A stretch of 64,000 nt of DNA, from the NCBI GenBank assembly GCA_947258755.1, contig CAMYJO010000002.1, positions 208,909-272,908 of the forward strand, read 5' to 3'. A model generated the notes under the pieces. The model worked only from the letters and a program-made list of their open reading frames with translations, did not search any database and was not told the origin of the DNA. Below, piece by piece: positions 9,844 through 20,696 of the stretch. Position 1 is the stretch's first letter; each line of letters starts with the position of its first letter. A program made the position numbers and the translations under genes. This stretch comes from an uncultured Gammaproteobacteria bacterium (GTDB taxonomy: Bacteria; Pseudomonadota; Gammaproteobacteria; JAADHQ01).

Positions 9844-10862
9844 TTTCCGGATGCTCCGAATACGCGCGGCTGAGTGTAGTAGTCGATGGTAGGCACAGCC
9901 ATGTTCATCAATAACACCGCAAAGGCGATGCCGTCAGGATAACCACCCCATGTTCTGATAATGAATGTCAGTGCGCCAATACCCACGGCATAGATGATTC
10001 TGCCTTTGGGTGTGGTGCTGGCGCTGACCGGGTCAGTAGCAATAAAAAATGCCGCCAGTATCGTACCGCCACTGAATAATTGGAATAAGGGGTTGCTGTA
10101 TTGCTGCGGGTCGGCAAGATAAAAAATACCGGCCATTACCACGATGCTTAATAATAGGCTCACGGGTATTTGCCAGCTGATAATGCCACGATAAATCAGC
10201 CACAGTCCACCCAGCAGGAAGGCGGCGGCGATCCATTCCCATCCTGCTCCACCCCAAAAACCAAACAGTGGCGAGGCGCTGATTTCGCTAATGCTCTGAT
10301 TCAGGCTTAGCCCGGTTTTAATGCTATCGATCGGTGTTGCCGAGGTAATGCTGTCGAGGCTGATAGCAGCATTCAGTTCACCCAGGAACAGGTACTGTAA
10401 AGCCTGGGATAAATCCAGCCCGGCATGTGGTTGTAACCACTGGGTCATGTATTGTGGAAACGAAATCATGACGACCACATAACCGACCATAGCGGGATTG
10501 AAGGGGTTATACCCGAGTCCTCCATAGAGATGCTTGGCGACAACAATAGCAAACAGGGTGGCGATGACGATTAACCACCAGGGTGCCAGGGTGGGTAGGG
10601 CCAGGGCAAGCAGGCAGGCAGTCAGTATGGCACTGTTGTCACGCAGGAAGAATGCCAGCGGCCGCTTTCTCAATAACAGCATCAGTGCTTCACTGGCTAC
10701 GGCTGTCAGGCAGGCGAGGATGATATTGACAAGGATGCTCCAGCCAAAAAAATAACTATAGACCAGGATGCCCGGAATCAACGCATAGATGACCTGCAAC
10801 ATAACCAGCGATATGTTCTGATTGTTGTGCAGATAGGGTGATGATGTTTTTTTAAATTGCAT
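9840..10862 (-). CDS. rnfD: Rnf/Rsx electron transport complex subunit D
   Basis: 340 aa polytopic membrane protein, NqrB/RnfD family, in conserved operon position. Confidence 0.85.
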   Translation of the reverse strand: MQFKKTSSPYLHNNQNISLVMLQVIYALIPGILVYSYFFGWSILVNIILACLTAVASEALMLLLRKRPLAFFLRDNSAILTACLLALALPTLAPWWLIVIATLFAIVVAKHLYGGLGYNPFNPAMVGYVVVMISFPQYMTQWLQPHAGLDLSQALQYLFLGELNAAISLDSITSATPIDSIKTGLSLNQSISEISASPLFGFWGGAGWEWIAAAFLLGGLWLIYRGIISWQIPVSLLLSIVVMAGIFYLADPQQYSNPLFQLFSGGTILAAFFIATDPVSASTTPKGRIIYAVGIGALTFIIRTWGGYPDGIAFAVLLMNMAVPTIDYYTQPRVFGASGK

Positions 10863-10868
10863 ATTTAT

Positions 10869-12515
10869 TTATGACGTTGAGTCTTTCTGTTCCTGGTTTC
10901 TTCTTGCATCTATGTCATCGATTTTCTTTTGCTGCTCGGCAGATAGATTGTCGATGTTCTTTGTTTGCGTCTGACTTTTTTTCTGTTTCTCGCGTACGCG
11001 CTCCAGCGCCGCCTCGATCGCATCCTTTTTACTGTCCTTGGTCTTTTCGTCCTTGCCGGTCTTGAGCGCAGCTTTTTTCTTGCGCATGCGCTCTTCGCGT
11101 TCCTTCTTCTCTTTTTCGAGACGTTCGAGCCTGAACTCATGGCGTAGGCGAGCCCGGTCGGATTTTTTCTTGTCTCTTTCCAGTGCCCATATTTCCGTTT
11201 TGGCAAAACGGTAGTATTGCACTAAGGGTATTTGACTAGGGCATACATAGGAACAACAGCCGCATTCGATACAGTCGAATAAATTATAATCCTGGATTTT
11301 ATCAAAATCCCTGGCATAGGCCTGCCAATATAATTGCTGCGGTAATAGCTGCGCGGGACACACGTCCATGCAGGCACCGCAGCGAATGCAGGGCATTGCT
11401 TGCTGTTCCTGGGCATCGGCTTCACCTTCCCCGAATGCCAGTACGCAATTGCTAGTCTTGATGATCGGTATCTTATCGGTGCCAAGATTAAAGCCCATCA
11501 TTGGCCCGCCCATGACGAGTCGCTTGATCGAATCGTGATAACCGCCGCAATATGTAATCCATTCATCAACCGGTGTGCCAATCAATACTTCATGATTGCC
11601 GGGCTGCTTAATGCCTTCGCCCGTTAGCGTGACGATGCGCGAGATCAATGGCTTGTTGTAAGTGACCGCCTGGTAAATCGCGGCTGCGGTGGCGACGTTC
11701 TGACAAACAACGCCGACATCCAGTGGCAAGCCATGGCTTGGCGATTCTTTGCCTGTTAGTACCTTGATCAGCTGCTTCTCACCACCGGCTGGATAGAGAG
11801 TCGGTATACTGATGATCTCTATGTCATCGATACCCAGTTTTGAGCAGGCATCTTTCAGGGCAGCATGAGCTTCAGGCTTGTTGTCTTCAATGCCGATCAG
11901 GCAGCGCCGCGCCTGTAATGCATGTTTCATGATGCGTATACCGTTGATGACATCCTCGGCACGCTCGCGCATCAACATGTCATCACAAGTGATGTAGGGT
12001 TCGCATTCAGCCGCGTTGATGATGAGTTCATCGATGGCTGTTTTCGCGCCTGGATTCAATTTAATAAAGGATGGAAATCCTGCGCCGCCCAGACCGACTA
12101 TGCCGGCATCGCGGATCCTGTTGCGTAAGGCGCTGGGATCCATCTGGCGGTAATCTGCGCTACTATCCAGATCGATCCATTCGTCCTTGCCATCTGGCTT
12201 GATAACGATACAGGTCGCTGACAGGCCGGACGGGTGTGGTACTGGCTGTTCAATGATCTGACTGACAGTACCCGATGTTGGCGCATGCAAGGGCACACTG
12301 ACATAACCATTGGCTTTGGCGATGATCTGTCCCTTCAAGACAGGGTCACCTTCCTTGACCGTTGCCTCCGAGGATTCACCGATATGTTGCTGTAAAGGCA
12401 GTACCAGGCGCGAGGGAATGAAGACATCGCCAATGGCCTGGCCGGTTGAGATTTCCTTGTGCCCGGGCAGATGCAGGCCGCCATGAAAGTTAAATAGTTT
12501 ATGCTTCGATTGCAT
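10869..12515 (-). CDS. rnfC: Rnf/Rsx electron transport complex subunit C
   Basis: LFNFHGGLHLPGHKE N-terminus and two 4Fe-4S ferredoxin motifs (CIRCGACMDVCP, CIECGCCSYVCP). Start set at ATG 12515, translationally coupled to rnfB (TAATG). Long Lys/Glu-rich C-terminal tail. Confidence 0.85.
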   Translation of the reverse strand: MQSKHKLFNFHGGLHLPGHKEISTGQAIGDVFIPSRLVLPLQQHIGESSEATVKEGDPVLKGQIIAKANGYVSVPLHAPTSGTVSQIIEQPVPHPSGLSATCIVIKPDGKDEWIDLDSSADYRQMDPSALRNRIRDAGIVGLGGAGFPSFIKLNPGAKTAIDELIINAAECEPYITCDDMLMRERAEDVINGIRIMKHALQARRCLIGIEDNKPEAHAALKDACSKLGIDDIEIISIPTLYPAGGEKQLIKVLTGKESPSHGLPLDVGVVCQNVATAAAIYQAVTYNKPLISRIVTLTGEGIKQPGNHEVLIGTPVDEWITYCGGYHDSIKRLVMGGPMMGFNLGTDKIPIIKTSNCVLAFGEGEADAQEQQAMPCIRCGACMDVCPAQLLPQQLYWQAYARDFDKIQDYNLFDCIECGCCSYVCPSQIPLVQYYRFAKTEIWALERDKKKSDRARLRHEFRLERLEKEKKEREERMRKKKAALKTGKDEKTKDSKKDAIEAALERVREKQKKSQTQTKNIDNLSAEQQKKIDDIDARRNQEQKDSTS

Positions 12516-13096
12516 TACTCTGTCACCGTCGTTTGCGTGTCCGGGGTGATCTCTGCACCTGCCTGGGTCGGGCTTGGCCATCTCCAGGTGCTGATATCTT
12601 CCTCAACGGGGATAATGTGGATACATTCAACCGGGCATGGCGGTATGCATAGATCACAGCCGGTACACTCACTGGCGATCACGGTATGCATTTGTTTGGC
12701 AGCGCCGAGTATCGCGTCGACCGGACAGGCCTGGATGCAAAGCGTGCAACCGATGCAGACCTTTTCATCGATATAGACGACTGTTTTTTCTTCGGCTTCA
12801 ATGCCATTTTCGGGGTTCAGGGGTTTTGGATCCAGACCCAGCAAATCGGCCAGGGCGACGATAGTCGCCTCGCCACCTGGGGGGCACTGGTTTATATCGG
12901 CTTCACCCTTGGCAATAGCCTCAGCATAGGGTCGACATCCGGGGAAGCTGCATTGGCCACATTGGGTCTGTGGCAGGATCGCATCGATCTTGTCGACGAC
13001 CGGATCGCCCTTGATGCGAAAACGGGTAGCGACATAACCGAGTATCACGCCAAAGATAGCGGCCAGCAGGCTCATTGTCAGGATAGCTTCAAGCAT
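12515..13096 (-). CDS. rnfB: Rnf/Rsx electron transport complex subunit B (ferredoxin-type)
   Basis: N-terminal anchor plus several CxxCxxCxxxCP clusters. Confidence 0.9.
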   Translation of the reverse strand: MLEAILTMSLLAAIFGVILGYVATRFRIKGDPVVDKIDAILPQTQCGQCSFPGCRPYAEAIAKGEADINQCPPGGEATIVALADLLGLDPKPLNPENGIEAEEKTVVYIDEKVCIGCTLCIQACPVDAILGAAKQMHTVIASECTGCDLCIPPCPVECIHIIPVEEDISTWRWPSPTQAGAEITPDTQTTVTE

Positions 13097-13680
13097 CAGA
13101 ATTTAATCAGGCCCGAGAACCCCATAAACGCAAGCGACATCAAACCGGCTGTGATCAGGGAGATGGCATTACCCTTGAAGGCCTCGGGCACATCGGCGAC
13201 AGCAATTCTTTCGCGCATGGCAGCGAATAATATCAGTACCATGGAAAACCCCACAGCGGCACCGAATCCATACAGTGTCGATGCGATAAAGCCATGCTGT
13301 TCCTGGATGTTGAGTAGGGCGACACCGAGGACGGCGCAATTGGTGGTAATCAATGGCAGAAATATGCCGAGCACCTGGTACAACAGCGGGCTGGTTTTAT
13401 GCACGACCATCTCGGTGACCTGGACAACAACGGCAATCACGAGAATAAAGCTGATGGTGCGTAGAAATTCGATTTCCAGTGGGATCAGCAAGTACTCATT
13501 GACCAGATAGCTGCACACCGAGGACAGGGTCAGGACAAAGGTTGTGGCCAGAGACATGCCGACGGCGGTTTCCAATTTTCGTGACACGCCCATGAACGGG
13601 CACAGGCCGAGAAATTTCACCAGCACGAAATTATTCACGAGGACAGTACTAACCAACAGCAGTGCGTATTCAGTCATCAT
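13096..13680 (-). CDS. rnfA: Rnf/Rsx electron transport complex subunit A
   Basis: 194 aa membrane protein ([10 protein letters not shown]...) and the first gene of rnfABCDGE. Overlaps the rnfB start by 1 nt. Confidence 0.9.
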   Translation of the reverse strand: MMTEYALLLVSTVLVNNFVLVKFLGLCPFMGVSRKLETAVGMSLATTFVLTLSSVCSYLVNEYLLIPLEIEFLRTISFILVIAVVVQVTEMVVHKTSPLLYQVLGIFLPLITTNCAVLGVALLNIQEQHGFIASTLYGFGAAVGFSMVLILFAAMRERIAVADVPEAFKGNAISLITAGLMSLAFMGFSGLIKF

Positions 13681-13769
13681 TTAAAGATAAGATATCCACT
13701 GTAAAAGATAAAGGCGTATTGACAAAGACCTTCGATAAGGAAGGTTAAAAGGCATTGCAAATCGACAGG

Positions 13770-15845
13770 CTACTTGACCTTCATGCCGGCTTGCGCGCCC
13801 TCATCAGGTTCCAGTATCCATAAATCCTTGCCCCCCGGGCCGGCCGCCAGCACCATGCCTTCGGATACACCGAAACGCATTTTCCGTGGTGCTAGATTGG
13901 CCACCATGACGGTCAGCTTGCCTTGTAGTTGTTCCGGACTATAGGCCGACTTGATGCCGGCAAAGACATTGCGTTGTTGGTCACCGATATCCAGGGTCAG
14001 CTGTAACAGCTTGTCTGCCCCTTCGACATGTTCTGCCTTGACGATACGGGCAATACGCAGGTCGATCTTGGCAAAGTCATCATATTCAATGGTATTGGCG
14101 ATCGCCGGATGTTCACCCTGTTGCGCCTGTGCATGTCGCGTTGGCGAGTGGCTTTCTTTTTCTTCGGTGGCCTTTAGGTTTTCCTGGTTCTTATCCAGCA
14201 TGGCCTGGATTTGCTTGTCCTCAATACGCTTGGCCAGGTGCTTGTATTTCTGGATGTCATGATCCAGCAACAATTCATTGCTGTGATGCCATTGTAGCGG
14301 TTCGCTATTGAGGAATTCCTCGACCTGGCGCGCCAGTTCCGGTAACACCGGTTTCAGGTAGATGGTCAGGATCCTGAACAGATTGATACCGGTTGTACAA
14401 ATTTGCTGCAGGCGTTCTTCCTGGCCTTCTTGTTTGGCAATCACCCAGGGTTGGGTGTCATTGACATACTCGTTGGCGATGTCCGCCAGCGCCATGATCT
14501 CCCTGATGGCCTCGCTGAACTGACGTCGATCATATAGATCGGCAATGTCATCGGCGGCGCGTTGCAGTTTTTGCAAGGGCTCGATATCCATTTCATCGAT
14601 GCAGTTGCCCAGTTTGCCATCATAGCGCTTGCTGATAAAGCCGGCGGTACGGCTGGCGATGTTGATATACTTGCCAATCAGGTTGCTGTTGACGCGGGCG
14701 ACAAAGTCTTCCAGGTTAAGATCGATGTCCTCTACGCGGTCATTGAGTTTGGCAGCGAAATAATAGCGCAGGTATTCCGGTTGCAGGAATTCCAGGTAAG
14801 AGCGCGCGGTAATAAAGGTGCCGCGTGATTTTGACATTTTCTGGCCGTTGACGGTCAGGAAGCCATGCACGCAGATTTGATCAGGGGTGCGATAGCCCGA
14901 GTATTCGAGGGTCGCCGGCCAAAACAGCGCATGGAAACTGAGAATGTCCTTGCCGATGAAGTGATAGAGCTCGGCATCGCTACCTTTTTTCCAGTAGCTG
15001 TCAAAATCAATGTCTTCTCTGGCGCACAGGTTTTTAAAGCTCGCCATATAACCGACCGGTGCGTCCAGCCAGACGTAGAAATATTTGCCCGGAGCGTCCG
15101 GGATTTCGAAACCGAAATAAGGCGCATCGCGCGAGATTTCCCAGTCGCGCAGTCCGGCATCGAACCATTCCTCCAGTTTGTTTTTGGCCTCGGCCGGTAA
15201 CGGGCTGCTGCCACGGTTACCATTGTCGATCCAGTCACGTAAAAAGTCGATGCATTCACTGAGTTTGAAAAAGAAATGTTCGGTTTCCTTGCGTACCGGC
15301 TTGGCACCGGAGACAACCGAATACGGATTGATCAAATCGGTCGTTGTATAGGTAGTGCCACAAACCTCGCAGCCATCGCCATATTGATCCTGGCTATGAC
15401 ACTTCGGGCATTCACCCTTGATATAACGATCAGGAAGAAACATTTCTTTTTCCGGATCGTAATAATGCTCGGTCATGCGGCTTTCGATTAGCCCGGCTTG
15501 TTTTAACTGCAGGTAAATCTGTTCGGATAATTCACGGTTTTCGGATGAATTGGTCGAATAGTAATTATCGAAATCAATATGGAATTCGGTGAAATCCTGT
15601 AGATGCTCGGCATGCACGCGTTCGATCAGCTGTTCCGGGCTGATGCCTTCCTGCTCGGCACGCAGCATGATCGGTGTACCGTGGGTGTCGTCGGCACAGA
15701 CGTAATAACAGGTATGCCCCTGCATTTTCTGGAATCGCACCCAGATATCGGTCTGGATATATTCGACCAGATGGCCCAGATGAATACTGCCATTGGCATA
15801 GGGGAGGGCGCTAGTGGCCAGAATATTTCGGGGTTTGCTGCTCAT
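13770..15845 (-). CDS. metG: methionyl-tRNA synthetase
   Basis: HLGH motif ([14 protein letters not shown]), KMSKS motif, and a C-terminal tRNA-binding domain. 691 aa. Confidence 0.95.
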   Translation of the reverse strand: MSSKPRNILATSALPYANGSIHLGHLVEYIQTDIWVRFQKMQGHTCYYVCADDTHGTPIMLRAEQEGISPEQLIERVHAEHLQDFTEFHIDFDNYYSTNSSENRELSEQIYLQLKQAGLIESRMTEHYYDPEKEMFLPDRYIKGECPKCHSQDQYGDGCEVCGTTYTTTDLINPYSVVSGAKPVRKETEHFFFKLSECIDFLRDWIDNGNRGSSPLPAEAKNKLEEWFDAGLRDWEISRDAPYFGFEIPDAPGKYFYVWLDAPVGYMASFKNLCAREDIDFDSYWKKGSDAELYHFIGKDILSFHALFWPATLEYSGYRTPDQICVHGFLTVNGQKMSKSRGTFITARSYLEFLQPEYLRYYFAAKLNDRVEDIDLNLEDFVARVNSNLIGKYINIASRTAGFISKRYDGKLGNCIDEMDIEPLQKLQRAADDIADLYDRRQFSEAIREIMALADIANEYVNDTQPWVIAKQEGQEERLQQICTTGINLFRILTIYLKPVLPELARQVEEFLNSEPLQWHHSNELLLDHDIQKYKHLAKRIEDKQIQAMLDKNQENLKATEEKESHSPTRHAQAQQGEHPAIANTIEYDDFAKIDLRIARIVKAEHVEGADKLLQLTLDIGDQQRNVFAGIKSAYSPEQLQGKLTVMVANLAPRKMRFGVSEGMVLAAGPGGKDLWILEPDEGAQAGMKVK

Positions 15846-16091
15846 TTTTCACCCAATTGCTTGAATCTGTACATAAAAATTGGCCTAGTATAGCTGATTC
15901 CTGAGGACGCGACAGCTTTCTATGAGCAATCTACACCAATATGGGTCAATTCCGTCGGCTTCCACGGTGATGGCGTTGGCGGGCGCATTATGAAATACTA
16001 CGCAGCCGATGAAAATCGTGTATAATACCTGATCTTTTTACTCTGGAATACTGGATTAAATGTCTTGTAGGTTCTTTTAGGAGATTGTTGT

Positions 16092-17183
16092 ATGTCAAAT
16101 GTCAGCCAGACGCAGGTAGAAGAGGCCCTCAAGGGTTATGTTGATCCCCATCTGGAAAAGGATCTGGTCTCTACCAAGGCAGTTAAGAAAATTGATATTG
16201 ACGGTGGCAAGGTCACTGTTGCTATTACCCTGGGCTATCCGGCCAAGGGCTTCAAGGAAAAGCTTGAAGCAGAGTTAAAACAAATTATCGAAGCGCTGGA
16301 CGGTGTCGACTCGGCCGAGATCAAGGTCGACTGGAAAATCGCCGCCCATGTCGTGCAAAAGAGCCTGAAATCTATTGAAGGCGTTAAAAACATTATTGCC
16401 GTCGCCTCCGGTAAGGGTGGTGTTGGTAAATCCACGACTTCGGTCAACCTGGCCCTGGCCCTGGCGGCTGAAGGTGCCAACGTCGGTTTGCTGGACGCGG
16501 ACATCTACGGTCCCAGTCAGCCACGTATGCTGGGCATCTCCGGCAAGCCGGAGTCACAGGATGGCAAGACCTTGGAACCCATGAGCAGTTATGATATCCA
16601 GGCGATGTCGATTGGTTTTCTGATCGAAGAAGATACGCCAATGATCTGGCGTGGTCCGATGGTAACCCAGGCGTTGGAACAGTTACTGGTTGATACCCGC
16701 TGGGACAACCTCGATTATCTAATCATCGATCTGCCTCCCGGCACCGGCGATACGCAGCTGACATTGGCGCAAAAAGTGCCGGTCAGTGGTGCCGTGATCG
16801 TCACCACGCCACAGGACATTGCCTTACTGGATGCACGCAAGGGTCTGAAGATGTTCGAGAAGGTTGAAGTAGCCGTGCTCGGTATTGTCGAAAACATGAG
16901 TATCCATATCTGTAGTGAATGTGGTCATGAAGAACATATCTTCGGTCAAGGCGGCGGACAAAGCATGTCGGATGAATTCGATGTTGATTTCCTTGGCGCC
17001 CTGCCGTTGGATATTCGCATCCGTGAAGAAACCGATAATGGTAAACCTACCGTTGTCGCAGAGCCGGACAGTCGTATTGCGCAGATCTATCGCGAAATCG
17101 CACGTCGCACCGCAGCCAAGCTGTCACTGCAGGCCAAAAACCATAGCGCCAAATTTCCGCAGATCGTTATTCAGAATAATTAA
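16092..17183 (+). CDS. apbC: iron-sulfur cluster carrier ATPase ApbC/Mrp
   Basis: P-loop VASGKGGVGKSTTSVNLALALA and a CxxC motif (HICSECGH). Divergent from metG as in E. coli. RBS AGGAGA 8 nt upstream. Confidence 0.9.
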   Translation: MSNVSQTQVEEALKGYVDPHLEKDLVSTKAVKKIDIDGGKVTVAITLGYPAKGFKEKLEAELKQIIEALDGVDSAEIKVDWKIAAHVVQKSLKSIEGVKNIIAVASGKGGVGKSTTSVNLALALAAEGANVGLLDADIYGPSQPRMLGISGKPESQDGKTLEPMSSYDIQAMSIGFLIEEDTPMIWRGPMVTQALEQLLVDTRWDNLDYLIIDLPPGTGDTQLTLAQKVPVSGAVIVTTPQDIALLDARKGLKMFEKVEVAVLGIVENMSIHICSECGHEEHIFGQGGGQSMSDEFDVDFLGALPLDIRIREETDNGKPTVVAEPDSRIAQIYREIARRTAAKLSLQAKNHSAKFPQIVIQNN

Positions 17184-17208
17184 TAGCGTTTCAACGGGAA
17201 ACAAAAAA

Positions 17209-17235
17209 GGCGCAGCCCAGGCTGCGCCTTTTTTT
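17209..17235. terminator. bidirectional rho-independent terminator
   Basis: 8-bp GC stem ggcgcagc/gctgcgcc with a 4-nt loop, flanked by an A-run upstream and T7 downstream. Lies between convergent apbC and the TusE-like gene. Confidence 0.75.
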
Positions 17236-17269
17236 GTACCTGTGAAATGAAACTTTACCCATTGTTGCC

Positions 17270-17596
17270 TTACATATAGGTTTTGGCTTCTTCGCCGGGG
17301 TTGGGCAGACCAGCGACACGCCAGGCCTCACGTTGGCTATGAAACAGGTGCTCGACACAATGCTTATCAAGATGATTGACGATACTGACGTGATGAAACA
17401 TCGGCGGCGTGCCAAAATGTTTATAATGGTCTCGAAGGGTTTGTATGACCAGCCAGTGTGTTTCCGTGAGTTCTTCGATACCATCCATTCTGGCAACAAC
17501 TCGGGCAATTTGCTCGTTCCATACCCCGGGTTCGGTGAGAAAGCCGTCTTCATCAAATAGGCGTGAGGCGGCGGTGATGACATTAACTGTTAACAT
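17270..17596 (-). CDS. DsrC/TusE-family protein lacking the C-terminal catalytic cysteines
   Basis: 108 aa. Family-like N-terminus (NVITAASRLFDEDGFL..., THWLVIQTLRDHYKHFG) and the AGLP-P motif near the C-terminus, but it ends ...RVAGLPNPGEEAKTYM with no Cys in the last 25 residues. RBS AAGGAG present. Confidence 0.6.
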   Translation of the reverse strand: MLTVNVITAASRLFDEDGFLTEPGVWNEQIARVVARMDGIEELTETHWLVIQTLRDHYKHFGTPPMFHHVSIVNHLDKHCVEHLFHSQREAWRVAGLPNPGEEAKTYM

Positions 17597-17929
17597 GGCG
17601 GCTACTCCTTTGCATAAGGTTTGGGTATATGCCTCGGCAAGTTTGATGGTAGCGAAACCTGCGTTACTGCAGTCGATACAGTGCTGCCTGGAACAATCGA
17701 ATGATGAAAGCTGGGTACTGACTGCATTGCGGAAAAGCGAGTCTATATTATCAACATAGTAAAGCGAACGCCGTTAGTCAAATGCCTTGCTGATCGGTGC
17801 TTCCGCTATATTATTGGTGGAATATAAGCCGTTGTCATACCTGTAAAAGTGGCGCCTTGCTCTGGCAAATCCTTGCCGATCCCTGTACTATTTCGGGGTA
17901 AATATATAGATGAAATACACGGTAATTAT

Positions 17930-18496
17930 ATGAGTATCAAGGCTGACAAGTGGATACGCCAAATGGCGCAAGAACAGGGCATGATCGAACCGTTTGCGGG
18001 CGAGCAGATCAGGGCAAGCGAGCAGGGCAGGATCATCTCTTACGGTACCTCCAGCTATGGCTACGACGTCCGTTGTGCAGACGAATTCAAGATATTCACC
18101 AATATCAATTCGGCCATTGTCGATCCGAAGGACTTTTCCGAACACAGCTTCGTCGACTTCAAAGGCGATGTCTGTATTATCCCGCCGAATTCATTTGCAC
18201 TGGCCAGAACAGTCGAATATTTCCGCATACCCCGGAGTGTATTGACGGTCTGCCTGGGCAAATCCACCTATGCCCGCTGTGGCATTATTGTCAATGTGAC
18301 GCCACTAGAGCCGGAATGGGAAGGCCATGTGACCCTGGAGTTCTCAAATACCACACCGTTGCCGGCAAAGATTTATGCTAACGAAGGTGTCGCGCAAATG
18401 TTGTTTTTCGAATCGGATGAAGTATGCGAAACCTCTTATCGCGATCGCGGTGGAAAATATCAGGGCCAACAGGGCGTGACATTACCGAAAGCCTGA
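17930..18496 (+). CDS. dcd: dCTP deaminase
   Basis: [23 protein letters not shown]-terminus typical of Dcd. Start set at internal ATG 17930 rather than the ORF-track 17849. Confidence 0.85.
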   Translation: MSIKADKWIRQMAQEQGMIEPFAGEQIRASEQGRIISYGTSSYGYDVRCADEFKIFTNINSAIVDPKDFSEHSFVDFKGDVCIIPPNSFALARTVEYFRIPRSVLTVCLGKSTYARCGIIVNVTPLEPEWEGHVTLEFSNTTPLPAKIYANEGVAQMLFFESDEVCETSYRDRGGKYQGQQGVTLPKA

Positions 18497-18511
18497 CGCC
18501 CAGGTACTTAC

Positions 18512-19225
18512 TTGTTTAAAAAAATACCCATATCCTTTCTGATACTAAGCAACCTGGTGCCGGTGCTGGGTGTTATTTTTGCAGACTGGGATGCGGCTTC
18601 CATCGTGCTGGTGTACTGGGCGGAAAACCTGGTCATCGGTGTCTACAATATTTTGAAAATGCTGACCGTCGCGCCGATTGAATTAAAGGCCGTGGGCGCT
18701 CGACTCCTGGTGGTGTTGTTCTTTATTGTTCACTACGGCGGTTTTGCCGCCGGCCATGGTATGTTCCTATTGCAGTTTTTTGATGTCGGTCAGGGTAGCG
18801 ATATCATGGCTGCAAAGAATGACTGGCCAGGGCCCTTGGTACTGTTGCAGATGCTATATAAGGTCATACAGCAACTATGGGTCAGTATGCCGTCAGGGTT
18901 TATTTGGGCCATCATCGCCTTATTCATCAGTCATGGCGTGTCCTACGTCTATAACTTTGTGCTTGCCGGTGAGCGCCACAGAATAACCACCAAGAAGTTG
19001 ATGGGGCAGCCTTACGGCCGTGTTGTCATTATGCATATCGCTATCATTGCCGGGGGTGTATTTGTTGTTAAGCTGGGTTCGCCTGTGGTGTTGTTAATAG
19101 CGCTGGTGGCAGTTAAAACGGCAATGGATATCATGCTGCATAAAAAATCGCATAAAAAGTTACTGGCTGCAGAAAAAGGTAAGATTGTAAAAAGTGAGGA
19201 CAGCGAATCGTCTGCAAGCAGCTGA
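18512..19225 (+). CDS. hypothetical polytopic membrane protein
   Basis: 237 aa with several hydrophobic segments and a Lys-rich C-terminal tail. Starts 16 nt after the dcd stop. Confidence 0.5.
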   Translation: MFKKIPISFLILSNLVPVLGVIFADWDAASIVLVYWAENLVIGVYNILKMLTVAPIELKAVGARLLVVLFFIVHYGGFAAGHGMFLLQFFDVGQGSDIMAAKNDWPGPLVLLQMLYKVIQQLWVSMPSGFIWAIIALFISHGVSYVYNFVLAGERHRITTKKLMGQPYGRVVIMHIAIIAGGVFVVKLGSPVVLLIALVAVKTAMDIMLHKKSHKKLLAAEKGKIVKSEDSESSASS

Positions 19226-19288
19226 GCTATGGTCTTGCAACAGCCTTTTGAATAATCTTGAGGTCTTTAGCGGGCCGATTAAAATTTA

Positions 19289-19906
19289 TTATCGTGGCTT
19301 GGCAATGCCTTTGTAGATGTAACTAAAGGCCCTGGGTCCCTGCATGTATTGATAATCACCTTGCGTGATCGTGAAGCCGGCCTGTTTTATCAGGGTATCG
19401 AAGTCTCTGTTGAGATGGCAACCACCTGCAATTTTTTTCCAAAATGGGTTGAGCCGATTCTGCCATATTTGTATGTTTTGTTCCGGCGCATAGCCGTGTT
19501 CGCAAAAAAGCATTACCCCGTTCGGTTTGAGTACGCGTCGCATTTCCTCCAGGGCCTTTTCGAGCTTGTCGATGGAGCACAATGTGAATGTCGTGACGAT
19601 GGTATCAATGGACTGTGTATCGAGTGGAATATCTTCGGCGCCATTGGTAGACAATGCGACCGCTATGTTTATTTCTTTGGCCACCGCGCTGGCCTTTTGA
19701 CGCAGGCGCTCGTTCGGCTCCAGGCCGGTGATATGTTCAACCTGTTCTTCGGAGTAGAACGGCAGGTTAAGGCCGGAACCGATACCGATCTCGAGTACGC
19801 GGCCAGAGGCCTGCGGCAATAGCGATTGGCGTTTTTCAGTAAAGCGATTATTGGAACAGGCCAGCTGTATAAGTTCTGGGAGTATGTATTTTTGATACAG
19901 GTTCAT
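19289..19906 (-). CDS. class I SAM-dependent methyltransferase
   Basis: Methyltransferase motif I (VLEIGIGSGLN) and a post-I acidic residue; 205 aa. Confidence 0.75.
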   Translation of the reverse strand: MNLYQKYILPELIQLACSNNRFTEKRQSLLPQASGRVLEIGIGSGLNLPFYSEEQVEHITGLEPNERLRQKASAVAKEINIAVALSTNGAEDIPLDTQSIDTIVTTFTLCSIDKLEKALEEMRRVLKPNGVMLFCEHGYAPEQNIQIWQNRLNPFWKKIAGGCHLNRDFDTLIKQAGFTITQGDYQYMQGPRAFSYIYKGIAKPR

Positions 19907-19930
19907 GGCAGCAGGGATCGTGACAGTTGG

Positions 19931-20671
19931 TTAATCCGATGAGGCCTGCTTATCGGTTATTGCGCCGCTGACGCGGTCTAATAATAACGAGAATTTGCTG
20001 CCATCCGTTTCGATGTGTTGGATTTTTACCGGCAGGTAATGTAATTCAGGTGCGAGCCACATGATGGTGTTACGCTTGCTGTTCTCGCGACTACGCTCGA
20101 TCTTGATGGCCTTGAAGTCCCCGGCATCGGTCTCGATCGTTTCAGTACCGCGAACCTTGAAGATTATGTCATCCAGCTTGCCTTTTTTGACGATGCTATA
20201 GGATTGTGGTTTCCCGGCCGTTTGCAAGTCATGCATCAGTCTTAGCTGCATGGAAAAATAATCCACGGTTTCAGCCTTGATGCTGACGCTGGAGGGTTTG
20301 CCACTGATGGTTGAATTGGCTTGCAGCTTGTCCCAGTCAAAATCGACCGAGCGATTACGGTTCTTTTTGCCGCCCTTATGGATATATTGATAACTGACCG
20401 GCCTGAAATCATTCGCGACTTTTTTAAGCAAGGTTCGTTCAGTGATCTTGTCCTTGCGAAAAATGGAAATGACGCCTTTGGTTTTGGTCTGGCTTTGGTA
20501 TAACCAGGAGCCGTCAGCTTGCTGTTGCAATGAGCTGCTGGCCTGGGCAGCATGCATACCGAATTTATGCAGGCTATATTCGGCACTGAATTCCGGCGGC
20601 AGGCCGGCCTGGAGTGCATGACTGAACAGCAGGGCCGGTAACAGCATGCACAATAGCGGCTTGGTTTTCAT
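19931..20671 (-). CDS. DUF3108-family secreted protein
   Basis: Signal peptide MKTKPLLCMLLPALLFSHALQA. Conserved position downstream of purN. Start chosen at ATG 20671 to avoid overlap with purN. Confidence 0.6.
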   Translation of the reverse strand: MKTKPLLCMLLPALLFSHALQAGLPPEFSAEYSLHKFGMHAAQASSSLQQQADGSWLYQSQTKTKGVISIFRKDKITERTLLKKVANDFRPVSYQYIHKGGKKNRNRSVDFDWDKLQANSTISGKPSSVSIKAETVDYFSMQLRLMHDLQTAGKPQSYSIVKKGKLDDIIFKVRGTETIETDAGDFKAIKIERSRENSKRNTIMWLAPELHYLPVKIQHIETDGSKFSLLLDRVSGAITDKQASSD

Positions 20672-20696
20672 GCGAATAGCGTGTCCTTTTTCTTGC

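Noticed and set aside
10910-11206. 98-aa Arg/Lys-rich ORF and plus-strand ORFs inside the rnfC 3' region
   Set aside because: Alternative-frame products of the charged low-complexity RnfC tail; not independent genes.
12686-13510. 274-aa plus-strand ORF across rnfB/rnfA
   Set aside because: Antisense to two well-supported rnf genes, with no motif.
15846-16091. Possible divergent metG/apbC promoters (a TATAAT at 16021-16026)
   Set aside because: I could not find a convincing -35 partner at proper spacing by eye, so this is left uncalled.
17191-17583. 130-aa minus-strand ORF overlapping the TusE/DsrC-like gene
   Set aside because: Different frame of the same locus. The TusE-like frame has the RBS and the family motifs.
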